Shown here in pieces: positions 8,090-17,403 of a DNA stretch of 64,000 nucleotides (positions within the stretch are counted from its first letter, which is position 1; each line of letters begins with the position of its first letter). Both the position numbers and the translations under genes were made by a program. The DNA comes from an uncultured Gammaproteobacteria bacterium. GTDB taxonomy: Bacteria > Patescibacteriota > Microgenomatia > UBA8517. Below the pieces are notes generated by a model. That model worked only from the letters and a program-made list of their open reading frames with translations, was not told the origin of the DNA and searched no databases. The DNA is taken from assembly GCA_964599625.1 (NCBI GenBank), contig CAZRGC010000001.1:115019-179018 (forward strand), read 5' to 3'.

Positions 8090-9253
8090 ATGGACAAAAT
8101 TGTTATCGTCATGCCCGCATATAATGAGTCGCAAAACATAGCGTTGATGATCCACGAGTTGTTTGAGAAAGAATTCCCCAAAATAGAAGGGGCTCAGATG
8201 CATCTTTTGGTAGTCGATGACTTTTCGCCGGACGGCACTGGGGATGTAGTTAAGAGTCTTATGTCCAAACACAAAAATCTCCATCTTTTGCAAAAACAGA
8301 AAGAAGGCTTGGGTTGGGCGTATATTCGGGGTTTTCAATATGCTATAGAAAAAATAAAAGCAGATGCAGTGATAGAAATGGATGCTGATTTTCAACACCC
8401 CCCTAGGTTTGTGAAACCAATGGTTGATGCATATCTCTCTGGGGCGGATTATGTTATTGGTAGTCGCTATATAAAAGGAGGTTCAGTTCCCAAAGAATGG
8501 GCATTGCCAAGAAAGGCAATAAGTTTTTTTGGAAACCTTTTCATAAGGGTTGTACTACTTAAGCCCAAGATTCACGACCTTACGACTGGCTTTAGACTTA
8601 CTAAAGTAGAAGGTGTTTTGACCAAAATAGACCTCAATAGACTTATGGAACCTTCCCGATTTGCATACAAAGTTGATTTGCTTTATCAAAGTATCAAAAA
8701 TTCAAACAAAACCGTAGAGGTTCCATTGCAGTTTGCGGCCAGGACAAAAGAGAAATCAAAGTTCAATTACCAGGAAATGATTTCAACTTTTAAAGTTGCC
8801 ATTATTTTGGGGATTAAGGACAAAATACGTTTGGTCAAATTTGCAATAGTGGGCTTTACGGGATTTTTGATTAATTACCTTAGTTTGGAGTTTTTTAAGA
8901 GCATTGGCCTCTCGACTTATTTATCTGCGCTTTTCGCAACGGAATTTGCAATAATATCAAACTTTACATTCAATAATATATGGACGTTCCGTGACAGAGA
9001 AATTGTAAAGATTTGGGATCTGGTGGTTCAATTTATCAAGTTCAATCTCTCTTCACTTGTAGCCGTTGTCGTACAACCATTTGTGGTCACACTAGCTGTA
9101 AAAATAGCGGGAGACACGCCATTGGTTCATCTTGCCGGTCTATTATTTGCCCTACTTTTTGTAATAGTTCCTTACAACTATATTGTTTACAATCTTTTTA
9201 TCTGGAAGACCTGGAAGATGTCAAAATTCAAGAAGGGTCAAGTGGAACTCTAA
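8090..9253 (+). CDS. GT2 polyprenol-phosphate sugar synthase (Dpm1-like) fused to a C-terminal GtrA-like four-helix membrane domain
   Basis: IVMPAYNE, VVDDFSPDGT and DADFQHPP GT2 motifs, then a GtrA-type C-terminus (FAIVGFTGFLINYLSLEFF). The ATG at 8090 is preferred over the TTG/GTG track start at 7958, which overlaps trmD. Confidence 0.8.
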   Translation: MDKIVIVMPAYNESQNIALMIHELFEKEFPKIEGAQMHLLVVDDFSPDGTGDVVKSLMSKHKNLHLLQKQKEGLGWAYIRGFQYAIEKIKADAVIEMDADFQHPPRFVKPMVDAYLSGADYVIGSRYIKGGSVPKEWALPRKAISFFGNLFIRVVLLKPKIHDLTTGFRLTKVEGVLTKIDLNRLMEPSRFAYKVDLLYQSIKNSNKTVEVPLQFAARTKEKSKFNYQEMISTFKVAIILGIKDKIRLVKFAIVGFTGFLINYLSLEFFKSIGLSTYLSALFATEFAIISNFTFNNIWTFRDREIVKIWDLVVQFIKFNLSSLVAVVVQPFVVTLAVKIAGDTPLVHLAGLLFALLFVIVPYNYIVYNLFIWKTWKMSKFKKGQVEL

Positions 9254-9638
9254 ACTTGTATCCGTAATTAATCAGGCCCTGGTCTCCGTCTTCGCTTATT
9301 TTTCTTGTCACCATCTCAACGGCGGTTCCGATTTCGATAGGTTTTGTCGGGTCTTCCAAGTCTGTTATTTGTGCAGTTATCATAGGCCCTTCTTCAAGTT
9401 GAACAAGTGCTACCTGGTATGGCGTGTTTCCTTCAAAGTTAGAAGGAGCTTCAAAGATAACAGTTGAAGAGTATATTGTGCCCTTACCGCTAAAAACAAA
9501 GGGTATTTTAGCCTCTCCATGGCAATCAGGACAAACATCTCGTGGTGGGAATACTTTATGTCCTTGGCCACAAACTTCACCAACAAGTCTATATCTCTGG
9601 GCTTTCAAACGCCAATGTCTTGGAATTTCATGGCTCAT
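9228..9638 (-). CDS. DUF35-type Zn-ribbon plus OB-fold protein
   Basis: A CxxC...CPDC zinc ribbon followed by an OB-fold segment (YQVALVQLEEGPMITAQI...GTAVEMV), typical of DUF35. The ATG at 9638 is preferred over the TTG at 9695. Confidence 0.6.
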   Translation of the reverse strand: MSHEIPRHWRLKAQRYRLVGEVCGQGHKVFPPRDVCPDCHGEAKIPFVFSGKGTIYSSTVIFEAPSNFEGNTPYQVALVQLEEGPMITAQITDLEDPTKPIEIGTAVEMVTRKISEDGDQGLINYGYKFRVPLDPS

Positions 9639-9676
9639 ACATCTATTAGTCGTTTGAAAAATGAAAAACCCACGCC

Positions 9677-10867
9677 TTAGAGGAACGGAGCCCAATTGCT
9701 AATAGGCATGGCGTTTTGGGAGATGAACGCGATCGAGAATAGGTATATAGGCAAAAGGATCAAAATAAGCACAGGTTTAAAATATTTTTTACCTAATTCG
9801 TCTCCAAAAGCAATGATTAGAAGCGGTACAACTGGTAAAAAGTATCTAAGTATGTCTCTGTGGGATACAAATAATATAAAAAAATAGTAAACTCCGGCGA
9901 AGGAAGCAATTTCAAATTCTCTTTTGTGTATTAGTTTTGCTATACCAACACCGCCCACAAGATAAATCATTATAATTTCTTCGAGCCAGCTTGTGCCCAC
10001 CCAAGGAGCCGAATAGTTGAATATCTGAAACGGCAGAAAACCCAGGTGTATGTTGTCCCCAGAATGGAAATATGCCAAAAAGTCACCCATGCGGTAGTGG
10101 TAAATGCTAAAAACTGCCAATAGCGAAACAGGTATCAAAAGAAGCGGATAAGTTTTTTTGATATCGAATCTTGCAAAGAAACCTTTCTTTAGTGTCAGAA
10201 GCCTCATTTTTAGTTCTGGTAGAAGAAGGAAGATAAAATATGAAACAAAAAGGAGTGCTCCGGGTGACTTTGTGAGTTGTGCAAGAGATCCTGCAATCGC
10301 TGCTCCCCAATATTGTTTCTTTTTAAAATAGTATAGCGAGGCAATTATAAGTCCCACAAAAAGCGGGTCTGCACTGCCTACAGACCTAACTATCAACCAT
10401 CTTGCTGGGAACACCGAAAAAACAAAAGCAAGAAACAAAGCCTTGTCGTCACCCAGAATTTCCCTGGCTAGCAGGTAGAAATAATAGATTGCAAAAGCAG
10501 AAGACAATAGTGTCGCCCCCAACATTGCATATGGGAAGTTGGTGGCAAACGAAAAGATTTTAACAAGAGAAGGATAGAGCGGGAAATGTGCTGCGTAGTA
10601 TTCAGCCGGTAATGGAAATTGGAATGTTTGGGATATGAAAACTTTATCGTAGAACGACTTGGCAACAACAAGATAAAGTGGCCCATCGTAATTGGATACG
10701 ACTGTAGCCATTCCGTTACCCGGTATTGGTATGCCCCAAAGATTTGGAATTCTTAGAAAAAAAGGTAGCCAAATCAAAAATATAGGCAGTAGCGAGAAGA
10801 TTAAGATAGTTAATATTTCCTTAATTCTTTTTGACATGCTTACGATACTGTGCCCATAGCTTATCAT
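9677..10867 (-). CDS. Polytopic membrane protein, GT-C-like (DUF2029/PIG-M-like mannosyltransferase candidate)
   Basis: About 10 transmembrane helices across 396 aa, located next to lipid-sugar synthases. An alternative ATG start lies at 10837. Confidence 0.55.
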   Translation of the reverse strand: MISYGHSIVSMSKRIKEILTILIFSLLPIFLIWLPFFLRIPNLWGIPIPGNGMATVVSNYDGPLYLVVAKSFYDKVFISQTFQFPLPAEYYAAHFPLYPSLVKIFSFATNFPYAMLGATLLSSAFAIYYFYLLAREILGDDKALFLAFVFSVFPARWLIVRSVGSADPLFVGLIIASLYYFKKKQYWGAAIAGSLAQLTKSPGALLFVSYFIFLLLPELKMRLLTLKKGFFARFDIKKTYPLLLIPVSLLAVFSIYHYRMGDFLAYFHSGDNIHLGFLPFQIFNYSAPWVGTSWLEEIIMIYLVGGVGIAKLIHKREFEIASFAGVYYFFILFVSHRDILRYFLPVVPLLIIAFGDELGKKYFKPVLILILLPIYLFSIAFISQNAMPISNWAPFL

Positions 10868-10932
10868 TTCATGCTTTTAACTTAAAGGGGGTGGAGTTTT
10901 TGTATGAGAAATATATATGTTAGACTTCGTAT

Positions 10933-11652
10933 GTGGCTGACAAAATAAAAGAGATTTCTGTTTTTTTACCAACTTTTAATGAGCACGGTAATCTGCCTTC
11001 TGTGGTTGCCAAAACGAAAAAAGTTTTAACTGAAGTTGCAAGGTTATGGGAAATAATCATAGTGAACGACGGGTCGACAGATGGAACAAAAGAGGTCGCC
11101 CAGAGTTTGGCAAAATCAGACACTCGCATCAAAGTAATTAACCACGACAAAAACAAGGGCTACGGATCTTCTTTAAGGTCGGGTTTTTATGGTGCTAAAT
11201 ACGAATGGATAGCGTTCATAGACTCCGATGGTCAGTTTGATTTCTCGGAGATATCCCGCTTTATACAATCACAAAAAGAAACAAGTGCCGATCTTGTAAT
11301 AGGTTATTACAAAAAACGAAGGGTTTCGGCTTTTAAGATTGTTACCAGTAGAATGTGGGAGTTTGCAGTGTGGTTACTTTTTGGGCTAAAGGTAAAAGAT
11401 ATAGACTGTGGTTTCAAGTTTATTTCAAAGAAAGTCATTGATACCATACCCAAACTCGAAAGTGAAAGAGGAGCTTTCATATCCAGTGAACTGCTTATAA
11501 AGTCGAGGAGTAAAGGTTTCAAAATTGCCGAAGTCGCGGTAACACATTACCCGCGAACCAAAGGGTCTGGGACTGGGAGAAATTTAAACGTTATTTTGAA
11601 AAGCTTTTTGGATCTCTTGCGTTTATATAAAAATTTAAAAACTAGCATATGA
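10933..11652 (+). CDS. GT2 polyprenol-phosphate glycosyltransferase (Dpm1/dolichyl-phosphate beta-glucosyltransferase-like)
   Basis: ISVFLPTFNE, IVNDGSTDGT and FIDSDGQ motifs. GTG start at 10933. It is preceded by a 14-codon upstream ORF with a strong SD sequence. Confidence 0.8.
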   Translation: MADKIKEISVFLPTFNEHGNLPSVVAKTKKVLTEVARLWEIIIVNDGSTDGTKEVAQSLAKSDTRIKVINHDKNKGYGSSLRSGFYGAKYEWIAFIDSDGQFDFSEISRFIQSQKETSADLVIGYYKKRRVSAFKIVTSRMWEFAVWLLFGLKVKDIDCGFKFISKKVIDTIPKLESERGAFISSELLIKSRSKGFKIAEVAVTHYPRTKGSGTGRNLNVILKSFLDLLRLYKNLKTSI

Positions 11653-13184
11653 AAATTTTTGGCATCGATAAGTTGATCAAAAAAATAAAAATTTGGAAAG
11701 ACAAAAATCCCGGGGAGTTTTGGTTCTTGTTGATAATACTTTCTTTGGCGGCTTTACTCAGGTTTTACAAAATAAGCGAATACATGACTTTTTTGGGAGA
11801 CGAGGGGCGAGATGTGCTTATCGTCAGAAGGATATTTACGGAACTACACCCTCCACTGATTGGTCCAGGCACATCAATTGGGGGAATGTACCTTGGCCCT
11901 CTTTATTACTACATGATGGCACCCGCTCTACTATTAGCCGGTTTTTCTCCTGTCGGCCCTGCAGTAATGGTCGCTTTGTTGGGGATTGTGACAGTTTTTC
12001 TTGTGTGGTTTGTTGCCCGCGAATGGTTTGGCTCAACTGCTGCCAAGATATCTGGGTTTTTGTACGCAATTTCCCCAACAGTAATCATTTTTTCGAGATC
12101 ATCTTGGAATCCCAACATTATGCCCTTTTTTGCACTTATTTCCGTTTATTCAATTTGGCGTTTTTGGAAATATAATGAATACAAGTGGCTTCTGGTATTG
12201 GGAGTATCGTTTGCTTTCGTCCTTCAGTCACATTATTTAGGACTCCTTTTGGCGCCAACAATTTTTGTATATTGGTTTCTAGCCTACATCCGCAACAAGA
12301 AAGTCGGGGAGGACAGAAAAGTCTTTAAGTATTCAATTGCCGCATACCTCATATTCCTGCTTTTGATGAGCCCGCTATTTATTTTTGACTTGAGACACGA
12401 TTTTATGAATACAAAAGCGATGTACCAGTTTTTCACTGTTAGACAAACTACAGTATCTGCAAAGCCCTGGAGCGCAATTCCTAAAATTCCGGAAATCTTT
12501 CAAACCATCAATTTAAGTTTGATTGGGTCAAAAAATATTCTTATCACCAAACTCCTCTCGCTGGTAATGGCACTTGGGGTTATGATTGTTGCGGTTAAAA
12601 AACCGAAAAACTATGAACCGTACATTCTACTGGGTTTGTGGTTTTTGTTTGGGTTGATTGGTTTTGGTGTCTACAAACAATCGATTTATGACCACTATTT
12701 TGGTTTTGTGTTTGTTGTGCCATTTCTGATATTGGGCGGGTTGTTTTCGAAAATGTTAGCCAAAGGTGTGTTGGCAAAAATTTTAGCTTTAGTTTTAATA
12801 GGTGTCGTTATTTATGTTAACTTGGTGCAAAACCCGCTTAGGTACTCTCCAAATAATCAGTTAAAAAGAAGTATGAACGTATCTCAAAAAATAATAGATT
12901 TAGCTGGCGGCAAGGAATTCGATCTTGCTGTTTTAGCAGAAAGAAACTACGAAGATGGCTACAGATATTTTTTGGAACTTAACGATGCAAAAGTTTTACA
13001 TGCTGACAGGTGGGATCCTTCCACAATTGCAGATCAGTTGTTTGTTATATGTGAGATGGAAGAAAAGAAGTGCGACCCAACTCATTCACCAAAAGCGGAA
13101 GTTGCAAATTTTGGAATGTCGAAAATAGACGAGAAATGGGAGGTGGATGGGGTTATAATATACCGTTTGTTACATTCAAAATGA
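11649..13184 (+). CDS. GT-C membrane glycosyltransferase, PMT/ArnT-like (GT39/GT83-like)
   Basis: N-terminal TM helix, then the loop motif FLGDEGRD, multiple TM helices and a soluble C-terminal domain. ATGA overlap with the upstream GT2. Confidence 0.75.
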   Translation: MKIFGIDKLIKKIKIWKDKNPGEFWFLLIILSLAALLRFYKISEYMTFLGDEGRDVLIVRRIFTELHPPLIGPGTSIGGMYLGPLYYYMMAPALLLAGFSPVGPAVMVALLGIVTVFLVWFVAREWFGSTAAKISGFLYAISPTVIIFSRSSWNPNIMPFFALISVYSIWRFWKYNEYKWLLVLGVSFAFVLQSHYLGLLLAPTIFVYWFLAYIRNKKVGEDRKVFKYSIAAYLIFLLLMSPLFIFDLRHDFMNTKAMYQFFTVRQTTVSAKPWSAIPKIPEIFQTINLSLIGSKNILITKLLSLVMALGVMIVAVKKPKNYEPYILLGLWFLFGLIGFGVYKQSIYDHYFGFVFVVPFLILGGLFSKMLAKGVLAKILALVLIGVVIYVNLVQNPLRYSPNNQLKRSMNVSQKIIDLAGGKEFDLAVLAERNYEDGYRYFLELNDAKVLHADRWDPSTIADQLFVICEMEEKKCDPTHSPKAEVANFGMSKIDEKWEVDGVIIYRLLHSK

Positions 13185-14170
13185 ACTACAAAGAATCAAA
13201 AACAATTTTGGCAGAGATCAAAAAAGCTAAAAATATTCTTATAAATTGCCACAGAAGCCCTGACCCTGACAGTGTGGGGTCGGCCCTGTCGCTCAAAAGA
13301 GTATTGGAGAAAATGGACAAAAACGTTGAAGTGATTTGTCCTGACCCCATTGGCTCTGACTCTGAATTTCTTCAGCACTCAAACGAAGTCCGACAAATCG
13401 ACTATGATACTTTTGATTTTTCCGAACATGATCTGTTTATGATTTTGGACTCATCAGAATGGACACAGGTAACAGGACACGGCAAAAAACCTGTTGAGGG
13501 GATTAAAAGAATTGTTGTTGATCACCACTATACTAACGCCGGTTTTGGAGATATCAATCTTCTAGACGGCGACAGAAGTTCAACTTGCGAAGTCTTGTTT
13601 AGAGTCTACCAAGATTGGAAAATCAAGATTGATTCGGAAGTCGCGGAGGATCTGCTTTCTGGATTGGTTTACGACACGTCTTCATTAATGCACTCAAGCG
13701 CAGACTCAGAAACAGCAAAAACCTTTGCAACACTCATGGAAATGGGTGCGGATAAAAACAAAATAATTCTAAACATATTCAGAAACATTAGTTTCGAGAA
13801 TATTAAGTTAATGGGTGAGATACTTAAGAATATGGAAAAGGATGATGAGTCGGGTTTTGTGTGGTCGGCAGTCCCATATGAAACTTTTTCAAAATACGGG
13901 ACCACAACCGGTGTTAAAAGTATGGCGGCGACTCTGTATGCGTCCTCGGTTAGAGATACAAATTACGGAATGGTTATGGTTGAGGAGAGAAAAAATAACC
14001 TAAGTATAAGTTTGCGGGCCAAAGATGGTTATGATATATCCAAAGTGGCCGAAGTTCTTGGTGGTGGTGGTCATAAACAAGCAGGCGCTGTACTCATGAG
14101 GGATATAAATTTCGATAGCGCCGTTGTCAAAGCTTTGGAGGCAGCAAGAAAATATGTTCGCAAAAGTTAA
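13181..14170 (+). CDS. nrnA: DHH-family phosphoesterase (NrnA-like nanoRNase / pAp phosphatase)
   Basis: DHH motifs (CHRSPDPDSVGSA, VVDHHYTN) and a DHHA1-like C-terminus (GGGGHKQAGA). The ATG at 13181 makes an ATGA overlap with the upstream gene. Confidence 0.8.
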   Translation: MNYKESKTILAEIKKAKNILINCHRSPDPDSVGSALSLKRVLEKMDKNVEVICPDPIGSDSEFLQHSNEVRQIDYDTFDFSEHDLFMILDSSEWTQVTGHGKKPVEGIKRIVVDHHYTNAGFGDINLLDGDRSSTCEVLFRVYQDWKIKIDSEVAEDLLSGLVYDTSSLMHSSADSETAKTFATLMEMGADKNKIILNIFRNISFENIKLMGEILKNMEKDDESGFVWSAVPYETFSKYGTTTGVKSMAATLYASSVRDTNYGMVMVEERKNNLSISLRAKDGYDISKVAEVLGGGGHKQAGAVLMRDINFDSAVVKALEAARKYVRKS

Positions 14171-15647
14171 AGAATTTTTTACTCCGGTAAACTCACTGCT
14201 GGTTATTATACTTTTGATAGGTTTTGTTTTTCGTGTTTATCGCATAGATCAACTTTTGGGTTTTTACTATGACCAAGCCAGAGACGCATTGGTGATTTGG
14301 GATCTAATCCATAAAGGAAAACTTTTTCTGATTGGTCCAACTACAGGAATAGCAGGTATCTTTCGCGGGCCCTGGTACTATTGGCTTATCACACCGTTTT
14401 ATTTTCTAGGCAATGGTAACCCTGTTTACCCTTCCGTTTTTCTATCAATTACAACCATAGCTGGTGTGTTTTTGGGTTACAAAATTATCAAAGAGTTTGC
14501 TGGCGAAGTTTCCGGTTTGTTGTTTGCGGTCATTGGTAGTTTTTCACTCTATTTAGTGTATGCATCACGCTGGCTGAGTAACCCAACACCAATGCTCTTT
14601 ATTAGTATGGGTGTGATTTATTCAACAATTCAGGTCGTCAAAAAGAAAGAATTTTATTGGCTTGTACTTGCATTTTTGATGGGAATGTCGATGCAGTTTG
14701 GCAGTTCGGGTGAAGTTTTTTATTTTCCGGCGCTTTTGACTATAATGATATGGAAAAAAATATTTCCAAAACCAAAGACCCTTGTCTGGTCGCTAGTATT
14801 GTTTTTTGTTGCGTTCCTTCCGCAAATTGCTTTTGATATCAAACATGATGGTATTTTACGCAACAATGTCTACAAATTTATTTTTGGAGAAGGAAGTTTC
14901 AAGGCTTCGTTTTGGGAAACTTTCAAAGTAAGGCTACCGTTTTATCTTGATGTTTTTGGGTCAAAAATTTTTCCACAGACGCCTTTGTATCAGAAAGCTT
15001 TGGCTTTATTCATTTTTGCAACACTTTTAACAAAAAGGAAAAAACTATTTTCCGGTGTCGGTTTTCCGGTCATTTTTATTTTTTGGGCATCTCCACTCTT
15101 GGGAATGCTTTTTTTTCAGGGTAACTTTGGTAATGTTTATGACTACTATTTCACAGGTTACTATTTCATCTTCGGAATTTTAGTTGCGGCACTTTTTGGT
15201 CAGTATCTCAACACACGTTTGGGAAAATTATTTGTTATGGGTTTTATGTTGTTGTTTTTACACGATAATATTCCGCAAGTGAGAAATTATATTATTTCAG
15301 GAGTTGATGGACCCACTACAGTTGCATATGGCAACCAAAAGTTGAGTGTAGATTGGATTTACAAAACTTCATCAGGCCGTGACTTCAATGTTGACTCATA
15401 TGTACCTCCGGTTATTCCTCACACATATGACTATCTTTTCAAGTGGTATGGTCCGCAAAAGTTTGGGACCCAGCCTTTGGATAAAAACGTGGAGCTTTTG
15501 TATACTTTATATGAGGTAGACCCCGACCATCCGGAAAGACTCGATGCTTGGTTGAAAAGACAGGAGTCGATAGGTAAGGTAGTTAAAACAGAGAAGTTTG
15601 GTGGAATTACAGTAGAAGAGAGAAAGCGAATTAAATTTAATCAATGA
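14154..15647 (+). CDS. GT-C membrane glycosyltransferase, PMT/ArnT-like paralog with a variant loop motif
   Basis: Same architecture as the 11649 gene, but the loop motif is YYDQARD (D-Q in place of D-E). It overlaps the nrnA 3' end by 17 nt. Confidence 0.7.
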   Translation: MFAKVKEFFTPVNSLLVIILLIGFVFRVYRIDQLLGFYYDQARDALVIWDLIHKGKLFLIGPTTGIAGIFRGPWYYWLITPFYFLGNGNPVYPSVFLSITTIAGVFLGYKIIKEFAGEVSGLLFAVIGSFSLYLVYASRWLSNPTPMLFISMGVIYSTIQVVKKKEFYWLVLAFLMGMSMQFGSSGEVFYFPALLTIMIWKKIFPKPKTLVWSLVLFFVAFLPQIAFDIKHDGILRNNVYKFIFGEGSFKASFWETFKVRLPFYLDVFGSKIFPQTPLYQKALALFIFATLLTKRKKLFSGVGFPVIFIFWASPLLGMLFFQGNFGNVYDYYFTGYYFIFGILVAALFGQYLNTRLGKLFVMGFMLLFLHDNIPQVRNYIISGVDGPTTVAYGNQKLSVDWIYKTSSGRDFNVDSYVPPVIPHTYDYLFKWYGPQKFGTQPLDKNVELLYTLYEVDPDHPERLDAWLKRQESIGKVVKTEKFGGITVEERKRIKFNQ

Positions 15648-16390
15648 AACCCTATTTGAGTGTTGTAATCCCGGCATACAACGAAGAGTACAATCTTAGG
15701 ACTGGTGTTTTATCGTCTGTGTACGATTACCTCAAAAAACAAAAGTACACCTGGGAGATACTGTTCGTCGACGATGGTTCTACAGACAAAACACTGCAGA
15801 TCGCAAGAGATTTTGCAAAGGGTCATCCGGGATTTAATGTTGTTCCTGAAACACATAGGGGAAAAGGGGGTACTGTGATCTCTGGAGTTCTCAAATCCCG
15901 CGGCGACTACATTCTTTTTACCGACACTGACCAGGCCACACCAATCGATCAATTGGAAAAAATACTTCCCAAACTCGAGAGCGGCTATGGTGTTGTTATG
16001 GGTTCCAGATCCGGCAGGGAAGGTGCTCCAATCATACGCAAAGTTATGGCATACGGATTTTCCTTCCTACGCTTTATAGTACTCAGGTTGCCTTACAAAG
16101 ATACCCAGTGTGGTTTTAAAGCTTTTTCTCAAAAAGCAGCAAAAGATATTTTTGAACGCCTAAAAATATTTTCTACGAAATCAGTTTCTTATGGGGCATC
16201 TGTTACCGCAGGGTTTGATTTGGAAGTTTTATATATAGCCAGAAAACTTAAATATAAAATAGCCGAGGTTCCTGTGGACTGGCACCACAAAGAGGGGACA
16301 AAGGTTGACCCCATAAAAGATTCGCTCGAGGGGTTAAAGGGACTTATTATGGTCCGAATAAATGCTCTGGGCGGAAAATATGGGGTTTAG
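15644..16390 (+). CDS. GT2 polyprenol-phosphate glycosyltransferase (Dpm1/DPG-synthase-like)
   Basis: LSVVIPAYNE, FVDDGSTDKT and FTDTDQATP motifs, with an ATGA overlap upstream. Confidence 0.8.
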   Translation: MKPYLSVVIPAYNEEYNLRTGVLSSVYDYLKKQKYTWEILFVDDGSTDKTLQIARDFAKGHPGFNVVPETHRGKGGTVISGVLKSRGDYILFTDTDQATPIDQLEKILPKLESGYGVVMGSRSGREGAPIIRKVMAYGFSFLRFIVLRLPYKDTQCGFKAFSQKAAKDIFERLKIFSTKSVSYGASVTAGFDLEVLYIARKLKYKIAEVPVDWHHKEGTKVDPIKDSLEGLKGLIMVRINALGGKYGV

Positions 16391-16423
16391 TGGAAAAATT
16401 TTTAAAGTTTTTGTATTATTAAC

Positions 16424-17053
16424 TTGATGAACAAAAAGATAATTTTAGTTGGCGCACTTCTGCTTCTAATCGCTGGTGGATATTTTATGTTTACCAAAAG
16501 CTCCAAAAACTCACCGGACACCTCTGGCCAGTCGGCAAACAGTGCCCCCAAATCACTCAAGGATCTTTTGACAGCGGGTGTCGCTCAAAAATGTACTTTC
16601 AGCATGACTCAAGAGTCTGGTAATCAATCGGGAACAACATATATCACAAACGGCAAGCTAAGGGGCGATTTTACATCACAGGCGAACGGTAAGACTATGG
16701 AAACTCACATGATTGTTTCAGGGAACACTAGTTATGTTTGGCAGGAGGGCGAAAAAGAAGGTTTTAAATCCTCGTTTGATCCTTCTACGTCGGTTTCGGG
16801 TTCAGAAGCTCAGTCTGCATCCACAACAGCCTCTTTGGACTTTAACAAACAAGGTGACTACAAATGTTCAGCGTGGGCTGTCGACGAATCAATGTTCACA
16901 CCACCGAGCGACGTTAAATTCAATGACTTCTCGCAGTTAATGAAACCAACAACCTCCGGAACCGGCCAGGGTGAAAGTTCTCAATGTTCAGTTTGCGATT
17001 CGCTATCCGGAGACGACAAAACTCAATGCCGAACGGCGCTCAGCTGTAAATAA
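16424..17053 (+). CDS. Secreted/anchored Ser/Thr-rich protein with conserved cysteines (hypothetical)
   Basis: N-terminal signal-anchor (LLLLIAGGYFMF), an S/T/G/Q-rich body, and six Cys residues including a C-terminal CSVCDS...C...C cluster. Confidence 0.5.
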   Translation: MMNKKIILVGALLLLIAGGYFMFTKSSKNSPDTSGQSANSAPKSLKDLLTAGVAQKCTFSMTQESGNQSGTTYITNGKLRGDFTSQANGKTMETHMIVSGNTSYVWQEGEKEGFKSSFDPSTSVSGSEAQSASTTASLDFNKQGDYKCSAWAVDESMFTPPSDVKFNDFSQLMKPTTSGTGQGESSQCSVCDSLSGDDKTQCRTALSCK

Positions 17054-17063
17054 TCCCTAAAAA

Positions 17064-17372
17064 ATGCTAACTGCAATACTTTTGATATTGGTAATTTTTT
17101 GGTTTTTGGGATATGGGCCTATTGCAGCACTGAAAGTTCCCTTGGTTATTCTTGGGAAAATAAGAATAGATCTTTGGGAAATATTAATATTCTTATTAAT
17201 AATTTGGATTATTGATCTGTTGCCATCCCCGTTAAGAGAGGTTGCAATAGTGCTTCTTGTAGTGTGGCTCCTGTCTATATTCGGAATAATTGCTGTTCCA
17301 ATGTTCTCAAACGTTATGGTGATTGCAATCATAGTAGGGTTGGGAATTTACCTTCTGAGCTCAAAACATTAA
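17064..17372 (+). CDS. Small integral membrane protein (3-4 transmembrane helices), hypothetical
   Basis: 102 aa, almost entirely hydrophobic, beginning 10 nt after the previous gene. Confidence 0.45.
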   Translation: MLTAILLILVIFWFLGYGPIAALKVPLVILGKIRIDLWEILIFLLIIWIIDLLPSPLREVAIVLLVVWLLSIFGIIAVPMFSNVMVIAIIVGLGIYLLSSKH

Positions 17373-17403
17373 ATCTTTACCAATGCCGTGGTAAAATTCG
17401 TTA

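Noticed and set aside
11693-12175. 160-aa plus-strand ORF in an alternative frame
   Set aside because: It overlaps the PMT-like gene starting at 11649 in another frame. Its Arg/Cys-rich composition is typical of an out-of-frame artefact.
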